A stretch of 64,000 nucleotides of DNA from a virus. The stretch lies in IMG/VR virus record IMGVR_UViG_3300036819_000087, positions 43,283 to 107,282 of that record. One strand, given 5' to 3'. Shown here one piece after another: positions 54,624-64,000 of this stretch (positions are counted from its first letter, which is position 1; every line of letters begins with the position of its first letter). Both the position numbers and the translations under genes were made by a program. A model generated the notes under the pieces. That model saw only the letters and a list, made by a program, of their open reading frames with translations, did no database searches and had not been told where the DNA came from.

Positions 54624-55780
54624 GCCTGTGCTCCGTCCTTCGGGCCGGCGGCTTTGCCGGCGTAATGCTCGGCCAAAAACTCGAGAGAGGGTTTCCAGTG
54701 GTCCAGGAGGACCCGGTCCGCGTCGTAGCCCATCGCGAACTCCCGCGCCGCGGCCCGCTTCGATGCGGCGTACCGGTGGGCCTTCTCATAGGCGCGGTGG
54801 ATGCCCTCGATCGACGGGGCCTGCCACCATGCCTGGTGGACCGGGTTCCAGAACGGCTGCCCGTCCACGCACCAGCCGGGCCCGGCCAGCTCGGTCATCG
54901 CCGAACCGCGGGTCACGATCACCGGCGTCCCGCACGCCTGCGCCTCGATGATCGGGATCCCGAACCCCTCCCCGTAGCTGGCGGAGGAGAGCACGTCGAG
55001 GCACCCGTACCATTCGGCCAGGCTGGACGGTTTGATAGACCCGGTGACGTAGGCGTACTGGTCGGAGAACTTCACGTGCTCGAAGATCCCCAGCCGCTGC
55101 GCGAGCGTGACCAGGTTGAGCTGGTTGTTCGGCATCTGCGGCAGCGCATGCACGAGGAGGAGCGCTTCCGGGTGATCCTTGTGGAACCGGGCGAACGCGG
55201 CGAACTGCTCCGCGTAGGCTTTCCGGACCCCGTCCTTGTTGGCGGCGTTCATGCCGACCACGAACCGGCCCTCCACCCCCCACCTTGTGCGCAGCTCGGC
55301 CCGGTCCGCGGGCGGGCGGAACACGGACGGGTCGACGCCGTGGGGGATGTACAGCGGGGTGAAGCCGGCGGCGGTGAGCTGGTCGCGGCCGTGCGCGCTC
55401 ATCGCGACCGGGATGGTCCCGGAGTCGCGGAGCATCTTCTCGTCGGCGACGCCGAGCCGGTCACAGTCGACCGGCATCCACATCGCTGCGGGCAGGGTCT
55501 TGATCACGTCGGGGTTCATCGGCCAGGCGTCCGCGAGGACGATGACCAGTTCGGCGCGGGTGGTGTGGGCGTGCGCGGCGATGATGTCGTTGCCGTAGCC
55601 GTCCATCCCGCCGGGCAGGACCGTGATGCCGCCCCACTGGGAGCCCTGGCCCTGGAGGCCGTAGAACGCGGAGATGGTGACCTCGTGGCCGAGGTCCCGC
55701 AACCTGGACGCGAAGATGGCGGTCTGCTGACCGTAGCCAGTACCAGCCCAGGGGGCGTTGCTGTGCCAGAGAATGCGCAA
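54620..55780 (-). CDS. Glycosyltransferase GT-B/GT4
   Basis: TGYGQQT..PHGVD..GEGFGIPIIEAQACGTPVI. Confidence 0.92.
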   Translation of the reverse strand: MRILWHSNAPWAGTGYGQQTAIFASRLRDLGHEVTISAFYGLQGQGSQWGGITVLPGGMDGYGNDIIAAHAHTTRAELVIVLADAWPMNPDVIKTLPAAMWMPVDCDRLGVADEKMLRDSGTIPVAMSAHGRDQLTAAGFTPLYIPHGVDPSVFRPPADRAELRTRWGVEGRFVVGMNAANKDGVRKAYAEQFAAFARFHKDHPEALLLVHALPQMPNNQLNLVTLAQRLGIFEHVKFSDQYAYVTGSIKPSSLAEWYGCLDVLSSASYGEGFGIPIIEAQACGTPVIVTRGSAMTELAGPGWCVDGQPFWNPVHQAWWQAPSIEGIHRAYEKAHRYAASKRAAAREFAMGYDADRVLLDHWKPSLEFLAEHYAGKAAGPKDGAQA

Positions 55781-55814
55781 GACGCGACTCCAATTCATGG
55801 GAGGGTTGAGGATT

Positions 55815-56240
55815 GTGACCGGGGCCGATGACCTGCCGATCGAGACGCGGCGGAAGATGTGGGGCTGGTTCGGGCCGACGTGGCCGTCGGAGGTCTGCTA
55901 CGACGGGGACCGGCTCCGCGAAGAGATGCGTAAGCCGTTCCCGGCCGGGGAGTCCTGCCTGTGGTGTAAGGAGCCGCTGGACGAGGCGGCGGGGGACGCC
56001 GGGCAGGCGCTGCCCGTTTACCCCACCGGGATTGGGCACGTGCACAAGGAGTGCATGCTCCGCCAGGTCCTCGGCCCGGTCGCGCACCTCGAACGCCAGT
56101 GCACCTGCTACATCACCGACCCGGACACCCCAGTGCCGGGCCCGGCCGCCGCGCGCCCCGGCGAGGCTGAGATGACCGAGCGGCAGGAAGCGCTGGCCGT
56201 CTGGGCGTGGGTCCAGGCCCACGGCGTCGGCGGCTGGTGA
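55815..56240 (+). CDS. Hypothetical Cys-rich protein antisense to late operon
   Basis: CLWC..HKEC. Confidence 0.6.
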   Translation: MTGADDLPIETRRKMWGWFGPTWPSEVCYDGDRLREEMRKPFPAGESCLWCKEPLDEAAGDAGQALPVYPTGIGHVHKECMLRQVLGPVAHLERQCTCYITDPDTPVPGPAAARPGEAEMTERQEALAVWAWVQAHGVGGW

Positions 56241-56376
56241 TGGACGGGCCGCACTGCCCCGTCGACATCGGGGCCGCGCTGGCGTGGCGGTGCCTGGCGT
56301 GCGGCCGTTGGCCGTGCCCGCGGCGAGCCGCCGATCTGGCCCGTGGCCAGCGAAGAAAACTCGGCGGGAAACTCGG

Positions 56377-58173
56377 CTAGTTGCTGACCCAGACGGCTTC
56401 GAAGTGGGATTCGGTCCCGGTCCCTACGCTGGTGGTCATGGTGCCGGTGCCGTCCTGGACCGCATAGACGGGCTGGACCGTGTCCCCCTCACGCAGGTAG
56501 TACAGGCCGAGGGCCTCGGCGCCGGGGATGAGGGAGGTGGATACGGACCGGACGTGCTGGTACCAGTCCGGGGAGTTGTAGCCGGCGGGGGTCTGGGCGA
56601 TCGCGGCGACCGGATGGAACGTGCCGCCGATCGCGGTGGAGAAGTAGCCGGCGCAGACCAGGTACCAGCCGGCGGCCTGCGCGGTGTACAAGTTCGACCC
56701 GCCGGAGGTCCAGCCGCCGTAGTTGTCGCCGGGGGTGGCGTGGACCCGGCCGGTCAGGTTGTTCATGGTGATCGTGTCGAACGAGTTGTAGGCCAGCCCC
56801 GACTGGGCGCTCGACTGGTAGGACAGCAGGTAGGGCCGGTTGATCAGGAAGTTCAGGTCCCCGGCCATGTGGGCCTGCCACAGGGCGGGGAGGTCAGCGC
56901 CGGGGGTGCCGGCCTGCCACCGGAACCCGGTCGCGGGCGGTGTCCACGCCAGGGCGGTCCCGCCCGCCCACAGTGCTCCGAGCCACACGACGACCAGGCG
57001 GCACGGCTGCCCGCCGATCAGCGCCAGCGACCCGCCCGAGTTTTGCTGGGTGATCAGCTTGACCGTGTCCCCGGCATGCAAATCGAGGATGCGGGTCACC
57101 TGGGGTGACGTGCCGCCGGTGCCGGCGGCGGAGTAGGACGGCCCCCACAGGTTCGTTGAGTTGACCTGAAGGCCGGCTTGCCGCTGCCCGCCAGTGTTGG
57201 CGGACCAGTTGACGAACCCGTGGACCAGGTACAGGCCAGCCAGCGGCACCGTATACGTGCTGGTGCCGGTGTTGAGGCCCGAATAGGAGTCGACCTGGGT
57301 GCCGGACGTGTTCCCGGCCAAAGGGACGGTGGCGACGGTGCCGGTCGAGATCGTGCCGCCGTTGAGGTTGGCGGCCCGCAGCATCGGCGGGTTGTTCAGC
57401 ACGTTCAGGGCCCCGCCGAGCCCCGACAGGCCGTTCAGCAGGGTGGAGGTGACCGCCGTGGTGCCAGCGAACGCGGTCTGCGGGGTGGGGACAGTGGAGA
57501 CGGTGCCGCCGCCGGTGACCACCCCCGCCCACAGCCCATACCAGCGGCACAGCTCCCCCGAATAGTCACCGGTCTGGTTGACGAACGAGTACGAGCTCCC
57601 GGAGGCGTCGTTGCACACCCCGACCGGGCTGGAATAGGCGGTCGTGGAGGCGGGGACCAGGTCGAGGGCGAACGCGGCGTTGTCGCGGCTGGTCGACGAC
57701 AACTGGTGGCCGCCGGTGACGGTCCCCCCGCCAGCCTCGTTCAGCGCGGCACCGAACCCGCCTGCGTTGGTGGTCGCCCCAATCACAGGCAGGCCCCACA
57801 TGAGGAAATAGCCGCCCGCGGACCCGGCCGCGCCGGCGGAGCCGGGGACGGTGGCCAGGAGCCGCCCGGTCGCGACCGAGTTGGGCAGGTCCTCCCCGAA
57901 CCCGAACAGGACCGCGTTGTCGGCGTAGTTTTTCCAGGCGTTGGCGGTGACCGTGTTGGCCATGTCGGTGAACGACCCGGCCGACGACGAGGCTTGTTTC
58001 ATCGTCGGGGTGGTGAGCCCCTCGACCAGCAGGGGCCGGTTCGCGTGGAACAGAATCCCGTTCGGGGTGTGGAAGTTCCCGGGGGTGTACGTGTACAGGT
58101 CCGTGTCGAGCTGGCCCGCGGTGATCGGCGCCGACCCGGCATAGGTGCTCGGCGGAATCGGCACCAGGATCAC
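56377..58173 (-). CDS. Minor tail/receptor-binding protein with C1q-like modules
   Basis: DSYSG..YTVPLAGLYLV and DNYGGW..YTAQAAGWYLV. Confidence 0.75.
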   Translation of the reverse strand: MILVPIPPSTYAGSAPITAGQLDTDLYTYTPGNFHTPNGILFHANRPLLVEGLTTPTMKQASSSAGSFTDMANTVTANAWKNYADNAVLFGFGEDLPNSVATGRLLATVPGSAGAAGSAGGYFLMWGLPVIGATTNAGGFGAALNEAGGGTVTGGHQLSSTSRDNAAFALDLVPASTTAYSSPVGVCNDASGSSYSFVNQTGDYSGELCRWYGLWAGVVTGGGTVSTVPTPQTAFAGTTAVTSTLLNGLSGLGGALNVLNNPPMLRAANLNGGTISTGTVATVPLAGNTSGTQVDSYSGLNTGTSTYTVPLAGLYLVHGFVNWSANTGGQRQAGLQVNSTNLWGPSYSAAGTGGTSPQVTRILDLHAGDTVKLITQQNSGGSLALIGGQPCRLVVVWLGALWAGGTALAWTPPATGFRWQAGTPGADLPALWQAHMAGDLNFLINRPYLLSYQSSAQSGLAYNSFDTITMNNLTGRVHATPGDNYGGWTSGGSNLYTAQAAGWYLVCAGYFSTAIGGTFHPVAAIAQTPAGYNSPDWYQHVRSVSTSLIPGAEALGLYYLREGDTVQPVYAVQDGTGTMTTSVGTGTESHFEAVWVSN

Positions 58174-58293
58174 CTCCGGGGGTATCGTGGCCGGGTGACC
58201 GGCGGTGCGGGTGGCGCCACAGGCCTGGCCGCCGCGGCGGGGTACTGGCGCGTCAAGGAGCGGCTGAGGCGCCCGAAGGCCACCGGCCGCCGG

Positions 58294-61200
58294 TCACCAG
58301 GCGAGGGTGTTGGCCCCGAGCACGTCGTTGCCGGTGTCGGCGGTCAGGACGGCCGCCTCCTGGTCGTATGGGCTCATCTGGTAGGTGGTGTCCCACACGC
58401 CGGGCCCGATGTCGTGGGTGACTTTCTGGATCATCACCGGCAGGTTGTAGGCGGGGCCGGCGACGGGGCGCCGGTTGACGGCGGCCACGTCAGCCAGGTC
58501 GGTTTGCAGGATCGGGGTGAACGCGGTCGGGTACCGGGCGGCCCGGACGGTCAGGGACCGGACCCGCATGCTCGGCTGCTTGTATTTCGCCAGCGACCAG
58601 TAGGCCCGGTCGAAGGCGTCCTGCGGGCTTGACCCCGACACGGTCTGCTGTAGGGGGCCGCGGGCCAGGTAGGTGTTGATGCTGGCCTGGTCTTTCTCGA
58701 CCGGGGCGATCAGCGTGTTCGGGCCCTGGTTGAGGGTGGCCTGGACGATGTTCTGAAGGTAGGTGTTGTCGTAGTCGAACCCGGCGGCCGGCTCGTACGG
58801 CACCTCCCCCAGCAGGGTGTCATCCCCGAACGTCACCGACGTGGGCAGGTTGTAGATCGCGGGCCTGGGAAGCATGACCAGGTTCCCGTTCGCGTTGGCG
58901 AACCACATCGCCCCCGAGGAGAGGGCGTCGCCGTTGAGGGAATCGGCGAGGGCGGTCCCGTCGGTGGAGTACGCCGGCCCGAGCCCCATGTTGTCCGTCA
59001 CGGCACCGGGCCCGGCCGGCTGAAGCCCGGCGAACGACCACGCCAGGTAGCGGGCGAACCGGGACATGATCCGGTCCCCGGCGAACCCGGTCGCCCCCGA
59101 CTGGTAATGCTGGACGACCCGGTTCGCGTCGAGCAGGTACGGGTAGACGGTCCCGTACGCCATCCCGTAATTCCAGTTGGAGTTGAAGAATCCCGCCAAC
59201 TGGTACGGCCACGACGCCTCCCCCCACACCAGGCCCACGATCGGGCCCGCCGCAGCGGTACCCGAGATCGTGTTCTGGAACACCCCGTTGACGTAGAACG
59301 AGACCTGCCCGCTGGTGATGACGATGACCATGTGCACCAGGTCGCCGAGGGTCGCCGGGGTCGTCCCAACCGTGATGACCCCGTTCTGGGTGGCCTCGAT
59401 GAAGGTCACCGGGTTCCCGGAGGTGGCAGGGAAGTACATGCCCGCGGCGAGGATGAACCCCGGCGAGATCGTGTTGGGCTGGGTGGAGGCGATGTTGGGC
59501 TGGCCGAGGAGCTGGAACAACTGCATGATCGAGATGGTGCCGGCCTCGTCGGCGATCGGCTGGACCGTGAACCACATCTCAAACGTGCACCCGGTGCCGG
59601 GGCCGATCTGCGGAAGCCCATAGTCGGGGCCGTACTGGGCGCCGGGCCCCCGCTGCCCCGACATGTCGAACGTGGAGTAGCCGGTGCATCCCATCCCGGT
59701 CCCGGAATCGCCGAGGAACCCCAGCGACTGGCCGGTCTCGACCGGTTCGGCGCCGCCGTCGTGGTAGGCGGCGGTCTGCTGATTGGTCCGGCTGGTGTTG
59801 ACCGCGATCAGCCCGTCACATTCGCTGGCGGTTTTCTCGACCCCGTTGATCGTGTTGGTGGCGACACTGTATTGCTCGCTGAACGGGAAGCAGGCGTAGG
59901 GGGCGTCGCAGAGGATTTCACCTTGGACCGCGCTGGGCATGTTGGTGGACGACGCGGCCCCGACCTGGTCGGTGGCGGTCAGCACCGACATGCCCCATTG
60001 GGGCATGTCCGGCCAGTCCTGCGGCCACCTTTCGACGTACCCGGAGCCGACCGGGTACCGGCGGCCCTGCCAGTAGGCGGTGACCCGGACCGGGATTTCC
60101 AGCCGCAGCAGACCGGTCCCCATCGGGCCGGTCCCCTGGTTCGGGCCGGCCTCAGCTACCCAGAATGTGGCCGCGGTGCCGGGCGTGCCGGCCGCGTTGA
60201 CCTGGCCGGTGGCCAGCCGCGCCGTCGCCGGCGGGGTCACATCGGTCAGAGTGACCTGGGTCCAGGTCGCGGCGGGGATCGCCGCAGCCGAACTGGTGGA
60301 CGTGGAGATCGCCGACCCCGCCGCGGTTTGCCAGTTGATCGCGACCGTGACCCCGCTCGACCAGCCCGCCGCGTTGTACACCCACGCCGACATCGAATAC
60401 GGCGCGTTCGGGGTGACCGTCTCCGCCTCACACCGGGCACCGGGCGCCGCGGTCGTGCCGTTGCCGGTGAACTGAAGCGACCCGGCCGATACTGCGCCCT
60501 GGCCGCTGGCGAACGTCTGCGCGGCCGACGCGGCCAGGCGGGCGCTGTTCACCGCGGACCAGCCGGCGATGCCCTGCTGGAAACACGGGTTGGAGTTGAT
60601 CGCGTCGCAGTAAAACGGGGAGCCGGGCCATTGGGGGTCGAAGTCACCGGCGACGTTGTTCATCTGGACCGTCATGGTGCCCGACTCGGGTTGCGCCAGC
60701 TCGTACTGGCGGCCCCGCTCCACATGGATCCCGGCGGTTTCCCCCTGGGTGAGCGTGTACGGGGTGAGGTCCACCCACCCGGCCTCGAAGATCGGCGCGG
60801 TCGGGTCTCCCGGCTCGGCCCCGAACGAGGCTTCCACGTACACCAGCGGATAGTTCGGGTTGGTGATCGTGGGCGGGGCGCTGGCCTGGGTGAGACCGCC
60901 CATGCACGCCGACAGGCCGGTCGAGGCGGTCCCGTACCCCCATGCGGCGGTGACGGTGCCCGCGTTGAACGCCCCCCACGCGGAATGCATGACGATCTGG
61001 TTCTGGCTGAACGTCAGCGGGGTGAGGGTGGTGCCGCCCGCCGCCGCGGTCCACCCGGTGCCGGGCCCGGTGACCGTGGGAGCGGTCGCCCCGTTGTACC
61101 CGGACGCGGCGACCGAGAACACGTAATCGGCCTGTCCGGTGACCGCGGTCATGGTCGCGGCGGTGCCGGGGCCTTGCACAGCCTGCCACGGCCCGAAGTC

Positions 61201-61584
61201 GTACACCGGGTAGAAGTTCGCCCCACTGGAGACGGTGTATTCCTCGACGGTGAACCCGGAGGTGCTGGTGCGGCCCTGGACCGCGAACGACAGCCACCCG
61301 GTCACCGGGGGGATGGCGAGCGCGTCGGGGCAAACCCACACCGCGCAACGGGACCCGGTGTAGCCGGCGCCGGAATCGGTCAGGAGCCGCCACAGGTTCC
61401 CCACCGAATCAGCGACCGACCCCGCACCCATCCCGGCCGTGTCCTGCGAGCCGAGGTTGAGACACCACGCGGCTTTGACGACCAGCAGGTTCCCGGCCGT
61501 GTTCGCTGGTGACACCGACAACGGGGCCGGGTCCCCCTCCGCGCTGGGGGTCCACGGGGTGGTTTTGACCAGGGTGAGGGTCAT
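58294..61584 (-). CDS. Large minor tail protein (CBM-like + LamG-like domains)
   Basis: Directly follows TMP; RGRQYEL..G.M; NPCF..YSMSAWVY; TFEMWF..YVNG. Confidence 0.8.
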   Translation of the reverse strand: MTLTLVKTTPWTPSAEGDPAPLSVSPANTAGNLLVVKAAWCLNLGSQDTAGMGAGSVADSVGNLWRLLTDSGAGYTGSRCAVWVCPDALAIPPVTGWLSFAVQGRTSTSGFTVEEYTVSSGANFYPVYDFGPWQAVQGPGTAATMTAVTGQADYVFSVAASGYNGATAPTVTGPGTGWTAAAGGTTLTPLTFSQNQIVMHSAWGAFNAGTVTAAWGYGTASTGLSACMGGLTQASAPPTITNPNYPLVYVEASFGAEPGDPTAPIFEAGWVDLTPYTLTQGETAGIHVERGRQYELAQPESGTMTVQMNNVAGDFDPQWPGSPFYCDAINSNPCFQQGIAGWSAVNSARLAASAAQTFASGQGAVSAGSLQFTGNGTTAAPGARCEAETVTPNAPYSMSAWVYNAAGWSSGVTVAINWQTAAGSAISTSTSSAAAIPAATWTQVTLTDVTPPATARLATGQVNAAGTPGTAATFWVAEAGPNQGTGPMGTGLLRLEIPVRVTAYWQGRRYPVGSGYVERWPQDWPDMPQWGMSVLTATDQVGAASSTNMPSAVQGEILCDAPYACFPFSEQYSVATNTINGVEKTASECDGLIAVNTSRTNQQTAAYHDGGAEPVETGQSLGFLGDSGTGMGCTGYSTFDMSGQRGPGAQYGPDYGLPQIGPGTGCTFEMWFTVQPIADEAGTISIMQLFQLLGQPNIASTQPNTISPGFILAAGMYFPATSGNPVTFIEATQNGVITVGTTPATLGDLVHMVIVITSGQVSFYVNGVFQNTISGTAAAGPIVGLVWGEASWPYQLAGFFNSNWNYGMAYGTVYPYLLDANRVVQHYQSGATGFAGDRIMSRFARYLAWSFAGLQPAGPGAVTDNMGLGPAYSTDGTALADSLNGDALSSGAMWFANANGNLVMLPRPAIYNLPTSVTFGDDTLLGEVPYEPAAGFDYDNTYLQNIVQATLNQGPNTLIAPVEKDQASINTYLARGPLQQTVSGSSPQDAFDRAYWSLAKYKQPSMRVRSLTVRAARYPTAFTPILQTDLADVAAVNRRPVAGPAYNLPVMIQKVTHDIGPGVWDTTYQMSPYDQEAAVLTADTGNDVLGANTLAW

Positions 61585-64000
61585 ACCGGCTTCACCACCC
61601 CCGTCACCGTGCCCGAGTTGCGGACGTTGTACCGGTAAAGCTGCGATTGGAAGATGGAGAAGAGTTTCTGGCCGTCCACGTTGACCGTGATCGTGCCACC
61701 CCCGGCGGCGGCGGCCTGGCCGCCGATGGCCTGGACGGCGGGGGTCCGCAGCGCCGCCTGCCGGACATTGAGGCTGGTGGCCAGGTTCACCCCGGCCGCC
61801 ATCTCCCGGGACGCGGCCTGGACGAGGCTGTGGCCCTGCCGGATGCCCTGCGCGAGCTGCCGGGCGATACTCAACCCCGAATACATGGGGTTCCCCGCCC
61901 CGGCCAATGGTCCTTTTTTCGCTGGTGAGAACGGCAAAAACGATTTGATTTCGGAGACGACCCCGGACACGGCCGACCCGGCCGCACCGACCATCGATTT
62001 GATGCCGTTGATCAGGCCCTGAACGATCGACTTGCCAGCGGAAAACAGGAGCCCGCCGAGGTTGCCGAGCGCGGAGCGGATCCGGCCTGGGATGGAGCGG
62101 ACGTACCCGAGCATCCGGGACGCGACCGACACGACCGCGTTGTATCCGCGATCCCACCAGCCGCGGAACAGGGAGCCGAGCTGACCGAACCAGGAGAGGA
62201 TCTGGCGGACCGCAGCGACCGCGTTCCGTACCTGGCCTTCGATGAGGCGCATCACGGCGGCGACCACGGCCGCCGCCGCATTAAACCCGGCCTTTATCAC
62301 ATTTTCGCAGAATTTAACAGCGGCCGATATTCCGGATTTGATTTGCGCCCAGTATTTGATGATAAGGACGACGGCCATTCCTATGGGGCCGGTCATAATT
62401 CCGAGGATCAATGGCCAGTGGGCTTTGACGAATCCGACGACGGCGGAGACGGCGGCGGTGACGGCGTGGAGCGCGGCCAGAAACCCCGCCTTCAAGGCGT
62501 TACCTACCGCGTTCACTACGTCACGGAACGTTTTGAAGTGGATGTAGCAGTACACCACCGCAGCCACGAGCGCGATCACAGCGGCGATGATCAGGAAAAT
62601 TGGATTGGCGTCCATGACCGCGTCGAGGACGGCCTGAGCCATCGCCCACGCCCGGGTGGCCACGGCTACGGCCATCTGGGCGACCTTCAGCGCGACGGCT
62701 TTGACCGTGGCGGCGGCCCACTGGACACCGGCCAGGGTGGCGGCGGCGGCCGACCGGGCCATCCCGGCCGCGAACTCCGCCCCGGCCGACGCGGCCGAGG
62801 CCAGCGCCGACCCGAACGACTTCAGCTTCGTCCAGGCCCCGGCCCCCATGGCGACCGCGAACCGGCCCGCCCACTGGGCGTCCTCAGCCAGCGCCGACCC
62901 GAACCCCTTCAGCCACGTCCAGCTCGACCCCCCGGCCCCGCCGATCGCCGACATCGCCGACTTGATCTTCCCGCCGAGGCTGCCCCACTTGCCGGTGCTC
63001 GCACTGGCCGCCTGGGTGGCGTCCCCGAACCCCTGCACAAAATGCTTGATGTTGGACACCCCGTGCGCGAACGGGGTGACGAACTCGGTGACGGCCTGCT
63101 TCCCCGCCTTCGCCCAGCTCAGCAGCTTGCTGCCGGTGCTGGTGACCAGCAGGATGTTCATCCCCCACTTGACCAGGGCCGGGTTGGCCTTCATGAACGC
63201 GGCGGCCAGCCCCGTGATCTGGGGAAGCGCTTTCAGCCACAGCATGTTCGACGCCGACCCGCTCATATCCTTGATGAACTGGGCGGCGACAGTCGCGAGA
63301 TTACTCAGCGTGGTGACGATGGTCGGCCCCTGGGTCCGGACCATGGTCATGAACTCCTGGAACCCTTTGGTCCCGTGGAGCCCGGCCGCCCACTTCGCGA
63401 ACCCGGCGGTCATTTTGTCCAGCCCGCCCAGCACCGTCCCCGAAAACGGCTGGAAGGTCATGAGCAGGGACCCGATACCGCGGACCACGTTGCCGATCGC
63501 GGTGGCCAGCTTCTCGATATCGGGCCCGGTGGTCTTGGCGATCGAGGAGAGGAATTTCTGGAACCCCGACGAGTTCAGGCCGTGCCCGAGCTGGCCGATG
63601 ATGTGGGTCAGCGCCTTCTCGACCGGGGGCAGCAGGACACCCATGGCCCGGAAGATCGGCGGCAGGAGCGCCAGCGCCTTGGCGATCACCCCGGCGACCC
63701 CAGGCGACGCCTTTTGCAGGAACTTGGTCCACTCGCCGGTGACCCCGTTGAGCTGTTTCTGCATTTTGCCGAGGTTGCCGGTCAGTTTCTTACCGGCCGC
63801 GTTGGCATTCTCGACCTGGGTGACGACACCCTTGACGACCAGGCCGAACACGCCGAGGCCGAGCCCGGCCGAGGCGACCCCGGACACCAGCCCGCCGGTG
63901 ACCGCGATCAGCCCAGCCGCGAGTGGCTCCAGGCTGCCGGTCGCGAACCCGGCGACCAGCCACAGCTTCTGGAGCATCCCCAGTTCCCCGAAGCCTTTCT
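61581..64000 (-). CDS. Tape measure protein (3' part)
   Basis: Ala/Gly-rich helical; ANPI..II; AGKSIVQGLINGI..PFSPAKKGP. Confidence 0.92.
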   Translation of the reverse strand, partial: KGFGELGMLQKLWLVAGFATGSLEPLAAGLIAVTGGLVSGVASAGLGLGVFGLVVKGVVTQVENANAAGKKLTGNLGKMQKQLNGVTGEWTKFLQKASPGVAGVIAKALALLPPIFRAMGVLLPPVEKALTHIIGQLGHGLNSSGFQKFLSSIAKTTGPDIEKLATAIGNVVRGIGSLLMTFQPFSGTVLGGLDKMTAGFAKWAAGLHGTKGFQEFMTMVRTQGPTIVTTLSNLATVAAQFIKDMSGSASNMLWLKALPQITGLAAAFMKANPALVKWGMNILLVTSTGSKLLSWAKAGKQAVTEFVTPFAHGVSNIKHFVQGFGDATQAASASTGKWGSLGGKIKSAMSAIGGAGGSSWTWLKGFGSALAEDAQWAGRFAVAMGAGAWTKLKSFGSALASAASAGAEFAAGMARSAAAATLAGVQWAAATVKAVALKVAQMAVAVATRAWAMAQAVLDAVMDANPIFLIIAAVIALVAAVVYCYIHFKTFRDVVNAVGNALKAGFLAALHAVTAAVSAVVGFVKAHWPLILGIMTGPIGMAVVLIIKYWAQIKSGISAAVKFCENVIKAGFNAAAAVVAAVMRLIEGQVRNAVAAVRQILSWFGQLGSLFRGWWDRGYNAVVSVASRMLGYVRSIPGRIRSALGNLGGLLFSAGKSIVQGLINGIKSMVGAAGSAVSGVVSEIKSFLPFSPAKKGPLAGAGNPMYSGLSIARQLAQGIRQGHSLVQAASREMAAGVNLATSLNVRQAALRTPAVQAIGGQAAAAGGGTITVNVDGQKLFSIFQSQLYRYNVRNSGTVTGVVKPV

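Larger units (their letters stand above)
1..64000. mobile_element. Actinobacterial temperate siphophage, probable phage-plasmid (partial genome)
   Basis: Tape measure, tail, GH25 endolysin, holin, Bet, XRE/Cro switch and phage Rep are present; no host core genes. Confidence 0.93.

Noticed and set aside
59107-61512. 801-aa plus-strand ORF and many similar long antisense ORFs
   Set aside because: Shadow frames of high-GC genes with Arg/Gly/Pro-rich composition and no motifs
61585-62157. N-terminal extension of the tail ORF into the TMP gene
   Set aside because: Overlaps TMP; the real start is ATG 61584 coupled to the TMP stop
1-64000. tRNA/rRNA genes, reverse transcriptase (retron/DGR), transposases
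   Set aside because: No recognisable motifs found; tRNAscan-SE and HMM searches would be needed to exclude them

Overview
High-GC (visually about 70%) actinobacterial temperate siphophage, with no host housekeeping genes in the window. The left edge enters a ParB-N-like gene that probably starts the packaging operon, and the right edge lies inside the tape measure gene on the same strand, so the window probably holds most of the non-structural genome. Modules, left to right: (i) late-control pair with promoter and terminator; (ii) Streptomyces plasmid/AICE-type transfer block (TraB-like FtsK ATPase, DUF2637, RapZ-CTD, SLT, NlpC/P60, WhiB, Xis-like HTH, GntR/KorSA-like repressor); (iii) accessory genes and candidate sRNAs; (iv) XRE/Cro switch, Bet/RecT and a DNA-modification island (XF1762, VUT + DpdA/TGT-like, C5-MTase with a nested 500-aa gene, N4/N6-MTase) with an iteron-bearing replication initiator; (v) secreted morons, Lsr2-like, EndoVII; (vi) Cre-like recombinase divergent from a secreted precursor with three YLYHG copies behind 11-bp phased repeats, next to XRE and XRE-DUF5753 genes and a candidate ~390-nt structured RNA; (vii) lysis cassette, sugar biosynthesis/glycosyltransferase cluster and tail genes. 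The best candidates for novelty are the YLYHG peptide-signalling locus and the apparent conjugative phage-plasmid architecture. All family calls come from motif recognition by eye; no searches were run.
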